A stretch of DNA of 64,000 nucleotides from Dehalococcoidia bacterium (GTDB taxonomy: Bacteria > Chloroflexota > Dehalococcoidia > SM23-28-2): positions 9,362 to 73,361 of the forward strand of contig DAOUEZ010000007.1 of the NCBI GenBank assembly GCA_034429995.1, written 5' to 3'. Within the stretch, counting starts at the first letter, position 1, and every line of letters starts with the position of its first letter. The notes beneath the pieces were generated by a model. The model made no database searches. It had not been told where the DNA came from and saw only the letters and a list, made by a program, of their open reading frames with translations. A program made the translations under genes and the position numbers. Positions 58,866 to 64,000 of this stretch are shown piece after piece.

Positions 58866-60444
58866 TCCCTCGGAGAAGGGGAATCGATTTCAGGATTTCC
58901 TGTTTCGCCGCAAGCGAGCGCGGCGGGACGCCGCCGACGACCGTTTCGAGGAGCTAGACGAATCGGAAGTGGATGAGGAGTTTGTGGAGAAGAAGGTGGA
59001 TCGGCTGTTGAGTGAGGAAGAAGAGGACGTCGTCGAACAGAAGGAAGGGCCCCTACCTCGTCTGACCCGCCAGGTACCGCTCGCGCTGGGGGAGTGGGCA
59101 GAGACTAGGGCAGCCGGCAAGCTGAAGAGAAAGGAAGGGGTCGAGGTTGACCTAGAGCTGGGCGAGCAGGAAGGCATCGACGACCCCGTACGGATGTATC
59201 TCCGCGAGATCGGCAAGGTGCATCTCCTTACCGCCCAGGATGAGAAGCGGCTTGCCCGCCAAATGGAGGATGGCAAGCATATTCAGCGTCTCGAGAAGAA
59301 CTGGCAGGAGATCAACGGCCAGCCACCCACGGCGGCGGACGTGATGGTCGCTCTCCTAGAGGAGGTGCATCGTCTCTGCCCTGTCAAGGATGTGGTGGTT
59401 AAGCGTTTGGGTCTCAAGCGGCTCCCCCTGGCTCGTCTCATTGGCGAACCCGCTTTCCGCCAGACCGTGGACGGAGAGATCGACCAGGAGCTAGCTGCCC
59501 ACGTGCAGGAGAGCCTTTCCATTGAGCGGACGGAGGCGGAGCGCTCGCTGGTTCGCCTGTCCATCGTCACCCACATTCTCACGCCAGAGCTCGTGGCTCT
59601 GGCCATGGTGGCTAGCGGCAGCGAGAAGGTTCTTCTGCCGCCCAAGGGGGACCTGAATGAGAAGCTGTCTCACTACGAGGAGCGCTTTCGCAGCCACTTC
59701 TTGAAGATCAAGGACGATGGCTTCAGGGGTGAGAAGCGGCTGACCGAGGCCAACCTACGCCTAGTGGTCAGCGTAGCCAAGAAGTACATCGGACGGGGTA
59801 TGTCTCTGCTGGACCTCATCCAGGAGGGCAACATCGGCCTCATCCGGGCGGTGGAGAAGTTCGACTACCGCAAGGGATACAAATTCAGCACCTACGCTAC
59901 CTGGTGGATCCGTCAGGCCATCACCCGCGCTATCGCCGACCAGGCGCGCACCATCCGCATCCCTGTGCACATGGTGGAGACGATCAACAAGCTGGTGCGA
60001 GTGAGCCGCCGCCTGGTGCAGGAGTACGGTCGTGAACCCACCAGCAAGGAGGTCGGCTCCGATATGGAGATAACGCCCGAGAAGGTGCGGGAGGTCATTA
60101 AGGTCTCCCAGGAGCCGGTATCCCTGGAGACACCCATCGGTGAGGAGGAGGATAGTCACCTGGGCGATTTCATCGAGGACCACGGCACCCCCGCTCCCGC
60201 TGACGCTGCCTCGCATCAACTCCTCAAGGAGCAGGTGTCCGATGTGCTCTCGTCTCTTACCCCCCGCGAGAAGAAGGTGCTAATCCTGCGCTTCGGGCTG
60301 GAGGACGGGCGCAGCCGTACCCTGGAAGAGGTGGGGCGGGAGTTCAGCGTCACCCGTGAGCGCATCCGCCAGATCGAGGCCAAAGCCCTGCGCAAGCTGC
60401 GCCACCCCTCGCGCAGCAAGAAGCTTAAGGACTATCTGGAGTAG
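58858..60444 (+). CDS. rpoD: RNA polymerase primary sigma factor
   Basis: [63 protein letters not shown]. Confidence 0.97.
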   Translation: MTDPSEKGNRFQDFLFRRKRARRDAADDRFEELDESEVDEEFVEKKVDRLLSEEEEDVVEQKEGPLPRLTRQVPLALGEWAETRAAGKLKRKEGVEVDLELGEQEGIDDPVRMYLREIGKVHLLTAQDEKRLARQMEDGKHIQRLEKNWQEINGQPPTAADVMVALLEEVHRLCPVKDVVVKRLGLKRLPLARLIGEPAFRQTVDGEIDQELAAHVQESLSIERTEAERSLVRLSIVTHILTPELVALAMVASGSEKVLLPPKGDLNEKLSHYEERFRSHFLKIKDDGFRGEKRLTEANLRLVVSVAKKYIGRGMSLLDLIQEGNIGLIRAVEKFDYRKGYKFSTYATWWIRQAITRAIADQARTIRIPVHMVETINKLVRVSRRLVQEYGREPTSKEVGSDMEITPEKVREVIKVSQEPVSLETPIGEEEDSHLGDFIEDHGTPAPADAASHQLLKEQVSDVLSSLTPREKKVLILRFGLEDGRSRTLEEVGREFSVTRERIRQIEAKALRKLRHPSRSKKLKDYLE

Positions 60445-60478
60445 AATCTGAGGATGAAATTAGGGAGGTAAATGCCAG

Positions 60479-60703
60479 ATGCCGCTCTACGAGTATTACT
60501 GCCCCGAGTGCCAAACGCGGTTCGAGCTCCTGCGCTCTATGAGCCGCTCCAACGACCCGGCTAGCTGTCCCAACGGTCACGAGGGAGCGCAGCGGGTGCT
60601 GTCCGTCTTCTCGTCCGTCAGCAAGGGAGCCGGTGGCGAGATGGCGTCTATAGGCAGCGACTTGGGTAACACCTGCGCTACCGGGACCTGTCCCCTGCCC
60701 TGA
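60479..60703 (+). CDS. FmdB-family zinc-ribbon protein
   Basis: MPLYEYYCPEC...FE...CPNGH. Confidence 0.85.
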   Translation: MPLYEYYCPECQTRFELLRSMSRSNDPASCPNGHEGAQRVLSVFSSVSKGAGGEMASIGSDLGNTCATGTCPLP

Positions 60704-60704
60704 G

Positions 60705-61427
60705 CTAAACCCTCGGTTGACTCACTGCCAAAGGCCCCACTCTCAGCCGCAGCCTCATTCCTAGGTAGATGGCCGACAGCGAGGCCATTAGCACCGCTTC
60801 CACAGCGGTCAGCCCTGCCACCAGCATGGTGGCATCGAACCAGAAGTCGCGGGGGAACATCTGGATGAGGTGATCGGTGTCCGGGTTGAGCTTCCACAGG
60901 TCGTTAGTGAAGGCTACCAGGTGGAAGCGCAGGAAGAGCTCGTCGAAGCCCACCAGCGCCAGGACGGCAAAAAGGGCCAGCAGGCCCAGGGTGAGCAGAG
61001 AGGCCTGAAGGAGAATTCGGGCCAGAAGGCGCAGGGGAGCCTCGGTTGCCCAGATGAACACGCCCACCACGAACGCCAGGGCGAAGGCCAGCGATGCCTC
61101 CTGCACCCGAAAAACGGTGCGAAACAGGTTCTTGACGTCGGTCAGGTGATTCGTCTCTCGCTCGCTGAACAGGGACACACGGCGATCGTCCTCCTGCACA
61201 AAGACCCGGATGGCCTCGTTGTCATCGTTGAAGTAGCACACTAGCTTATCAGCTGCCCGATCCAGTTGACTGCGCGAGATGCCAGTGGCAGCCTCGGCGT
61301 CGTACTTGTCGAAGCTGTAGTGATAGAGGCCCACCTCGTTAGCGGCCCAGCGCACGTTGGTGGTGACCAGCAAGACGGGGATGCTGATGAAGAAGAGGAG
61401 CGTCGCAATCCTGGGAACGAGGCCCAA
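60705..61427 (-). CDS. Integral membrane protein (TIGR01906/DUF1461-like)
   Basis: FSERETNHLTDVKNLF, FLRFHLVAFTNDLW, LIQMFPRDFW. Confidence 0.8.
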   Translation of the reverse strand: MGLVPRIATLLFFISIPVLLVTTNVRWAANEVGLYHYSFDKYDAEAATGISRSQLDRAADKLVCYFNDDNEAIRVFVQEDDRRVSLFSERETNHLTDVKNLFRTVFRVQEASLAFALAFVVGVFIWATEAPLRLLARILLQASLLTLGLLALFAVLALVGFDELFLRFHLVAFTNDLWKLNPDTDHLIQMFPRDFWFDATMLVAGLTAVEAVLMASLSAIYLGMRLRLRVGPLAVSQPRV

Positions 61428-61560
61428 CTTATGCCTCCTCTCCGCCGCGGCTGCCTCGTGCCGAGCTATCTAGAGCCATATTAGGAGTGGCCCTTCCTCT
61501 TGTCAACGAGAAGGGCCCATCCCTATAATCGAGCGACAGGCAGGGGAAAGGACAGGCGCT

Positions 61561-62361
61561 ATGGGCATATCGGAAGAGGAGCTGCGTACGGTCGAGGGCT
61601 TCAGGGCCATCATCGCTCGCCTGCGCGGGCCCGATGGCTGCCCCTGGGATCGGGTTCAGACCCACGCCTCCCTCAAGCCCTACCTGCTGGAGGAAGCCTA
61701 CGAAGCGCTGGCCGCTTTGGACGAGGGCGACCTCCAGAGGCTCTGCGACGAGTTGGGTGACGTCCTTCTGGAGGTGTTCCTCCACGTCCAGCTCGCCGAA
61801 GAGGCCCAGGAATTCACCCTGGCAGACGTCGTCTATGGCATCGCCAGCAAGATTGTGCGTCGCCATCCTCACGTCTTCGGCGAAGAGCAGGCCGATTCGC
61901 CCCAAGAGGTCATGGTCCGCTGGGAGGAGCTGAAGCGAAAGGAGAGGGGCCCACAGGACTCGGCCCTGGCGGGCGTCCCCCAGGCGATGCCCGCCCTTGC
62001 TCGCGCTCAGATATTTCTGGCTAGGGCGGCGATTGTGGGCTTCCAGTGGCCCCAAACCGAAGACGTGCTGGACAAGCTAGGAGAAGAGCTAAAGGAGCTG
62101 GCCCAGGCGGACGATCTGGATCAGAAGCGAGAGGAGTTGGGCGATGTCCTCTTCCTCCTGGTGAACCTGGCCCGCTACCTCGATCTGGACGCCGAGGAAG
62201 CTTTGCGACAGGCCAACCGCAAGTTCTACCAGCGCTTCACCACCATGGAGGCCCTGGCCCACGAGCAGGGCCGCAGCCTGGCCGATATGCCCCTCGCCGA
62301 GCAGAAGGCTCTCTGGGAGGCATCCAAGGCGCGCCTTCGGGCCGAAGGGAGCTCGCCCTGA
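61561..62361 (+). CDS. mazG: MazG family nucleoside triphosphate pyrophosphohydrolase
   Basis: GCPWDRVQT, EEAYE, ELGDVLL, RRHPHVF, second EELGD. Confidence 0.94.
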   Translation: MGISEEELRTVEGFRAIIARLRGPDGCPWDRVQTHASLKPYLLEEAYEALAALDEGDLQRLCDELGDVLLEVFLHVQLAEEAQEFTLADVVYGIASKIVRRHPHVFGEEQADSPQEVMVRWEELKRKERGPQDSALAGVPQAMPALARAQIFLARAAIVGFQWPQTEDVLDKLGEELKELAQADDLDQKREELGDVLFLLVNLARYLDLDAEEALRQANRKFYQRFTTMEALAHEQGRSLADMPLAEQKALWEASKARLRAEGSSP

Positions 62362-62372
62362 CGGGCCGCTGG

Positions 62373-63182
62373 CTAGCGTCTGCTCTTGGTCTTCTCCATC
62401 CACAAGAGGGCAAGCGCGCCAACTACTACTAGTGCCACTACGCCTACCACTCCGGTGTACCACCAGAAGGAGAAGTCCGCTTCGCTCTCGCCCGCTGTGC
62501 CTGGAGCGATGCCAGGGGCAGGCGTCGCCGCCGGCGTCAGGGGGACCGCCATCGAGCGCGTAGGTGTCGGGCTCGGCGGCGGCGTCTCCTCCTGAACGAG
62601 TGTCTCCAGCGGCGGTGGCTCCTCCGTTGGGGTTGGTGATGGAGGCGGTGCCTCTTGGGGTGGTTCTGGGGTTAGCGTGGCCTGCGGTGAGGGGGTCGCT
62701 GTTGGCGGCGGCTCGCCGACACTGACTCCCACAGAGTCCGTCAGGGCCGTGTCGATGCAAGTGTTGTCGTCATAGACCAGACAAACATGGATCCTGTGCT
62801 CGCCATCCGCAACGCCGACGAATGTCTCTGACAAGCGTCCCGAATGGATGATGTTGTCATCGCCCAGGGGAGTGGGCAGGTCGAAGGAGGGCTCGACATC
62901 CAGGAAGTAGACGATGTGCCCTTTGTTGGGCTCGCGCCCGGGCTCCAGGGGTAGACTGATGGTGAAGCCGCTGATCGCTACGCTCACGGTGATATCCGGA
63001 CCAGCGAAAACTTCGTCCTCTGCCGGCGCGGTGATGACGATAGATGGCCCCTCTTGAGCCAGGCCGCGGCCAGGCGCCAAGGCCAGCAGGAGGGCCGTCG
63101 CCAAGAGGGCCAGCCCTGACCGGCAAAGATATCGAGACAACAACTCGACCCCTCTATCTGCCCAACTGGATAGACGTTGCAT
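62373..63182 (-). CDS. Membrane-anchored surface protein (Ig-like domain, Pro-rich stalk, C-terminal TM)
   Basis: Signal-like LALLATALLLALAPG, GHIVYFLD...HRIHVCL, Pro-rich linker, hydrophobic tail plus basic residues. Start uncertain. Confidence 0.7.
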   Translation of the reverse strand: MQRLSSWADRGVELLSRYLCRSGLALLATALLLALAPGRGLAQEGPSIVITAPAEDEVFAGPDITVSVAISGFTISLPLEPGREPNKGHIVYFLDVEPSFDLPTPLGDDNIIHSGRLSETFVGVADGEHRIHVCLVYDDNTCIDTALTDSVGVSVGEPPPTATPSPQATLTPEPPQEAPPPSPTPTEEPPPLETLVQEETPPPSPTPTRSMAVPLTPAATPAPGIAPGTAGESEADFSFWWYTGVVGVVALVVVGALALLWMEKTKSRR

Positions 63183-63280
63183 CTGGGAGAATGTTTCATC
63201 GCCGCCTGAGGTTAACCGCCGGGCGAAGGCTGTCATTGACGGCCTTGAGGGCCGGGTGACATACTGGCTTTGGAGGGAGG

Positions 63281-63721
63281 TTGTCTTCCGCCTTGGCGAC
63301 TAAACGGGCGCCCTTTGAGCTCCTCGAGCACACGGCCGACGTGGGTGTGCTAGCCCACGGTAGCACCCTGGCCGAGGCTTTCGTGCACGCGGCGGAGGGC
63401 ATGTTTTCTGTCATGGTCAACCTCAGCGGAGTGCGGGAGGAGGAAGAGCGCTCGCTGGCAGTGGAGGCCCACGACTGGCCCAGCCTGCTGGTGGCCTGGC
63501 TGTCGGAGCTTATCTACTTTTCCGATGTCGACAGCCTCGTCTTTAAGCGATTCGAGATCAGGGAGATGTCGCCCTATTCCCTCCGGGCCAGTGCCTACGG
63601 CGAGAAGATAGACCGCCAGCGGCATGAGTTGGGCGCGGGCGTCAAGGCGATCACCCGCCACATGCTGGAGGTGGACGAGGACGAGGACGGTTATCGCGTC
63701 CAGGTACTGCTGGACATCTAG
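63281..63721 (+). CDS. Archease
   Basis: FELLEHTADVG...VKAITRH...VLLDI; adjacent to rtcB. Confidence 0.93.
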   Translation: MSSALATKRAPFELLEHTADVGVLAHGSTLAEAFVHAAEGMFSVMVNLSGVREEEERSLAVEAHDWPSLLVAWLSELIYFSDVDSLVFKRFEIREMSPYSLRASAYGEKIDRQRHELGAGVKAITRHMLEVDEDEDGYRVQVLLDI

Positions 63722-63733
63722 GGGTGGTGGAAG

Positions 63734-64000
63734 ATGGCCAAGAACTGGAAGCAGATCCTGCAGCGAGTAGATGCGCTGCGTTGGGACCTCTCCCGCGACT
63801 ATAAGTCTGGCATGCGCGTCCCCGGCCGTATCTACGCCAGCGAGCAGATGCTGGACGCTATGGCCGGAGACGAGGCCATCGAGCAGGTGGCCAACGTGGC
63901 CTTCCTGCCGGGCATTGTCGGCTATTCCCTGGCCATGCCGGACATCCACTGGGGCTACGGCTTCCCCATCGGCGGTGTGGCCGCCACCCGCCTGGACGAT
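63734..64000 (+). CDS. rtcB: RtcB RNA ligase (5' part; truncated by the window end)
   Basis: Manual translation ...MRVPGRIYA...[13 protein letters not shown]...[17 protein letters not shown]. Confidence 0.94.
   Translation, partial: MAKNWKQILQRVDALRWDLSRDYKSGMRVPGRIYASEQMLDAMAGDEAIEQVANVAFLPGIVGYSLAMPDIHWGYGFPIGGVAATRLDD

Overview
GC-rich bacterial chromosome segment. Gene content and order suggest Chloroflexota, probably class Dehalococcoidia (inference). Most of the window is housekeeping: pheST, moeA, the shikimate genes aroKB/aroC/aroE/aroQ, mltG-ruvX-alaS, dprA-topA-xerC, efp-xseAB, pncA/pncB, cmk-plsC-ispH, glmS, ppsA, dgt-dnaG-rpoD, mazG and archease-rtcB. Accessory blocks are interspersed. 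(1) An oxidative-stress cluster at ~8.7-12.2 kb holds an Fe/Mn SOD, a CDGSH protein, an encapsulated-ferritin-like protein, a UGA-recoded selenocysteine peroxiredoxin that the ORF track splits in two (unusual C-V-U active site plus a SECIS-like hairpin), a zinc-ribbon adenylate cyclase and a second peroxiredoxin. (2) A GlmU-type acetyltransferase has lost its uridyltransferase half. (3) AlaS carries two large internal insertions. (4) A 146-nt rod-shaped, 6S-like RNA candidate lies between menA and efp; its inner hairpins resemble IS200/IS605 ends. (5) A solitary PD-(D/E)xK nuclease-like gene sits before glmS. (6) A Type IIG restriction-modification fusion gene is bracketed by palindromic interspersed repeats. 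(7) An RHH-RelE toxin-antitoxin cassette, with an amber-interrupted toxin, lies between 17-bp direct repeats that duplicate the 5' end of dgt. I found no tRNA, rRNA or CRISPR array. All calls were made by eye from motifs; no database searches were run.
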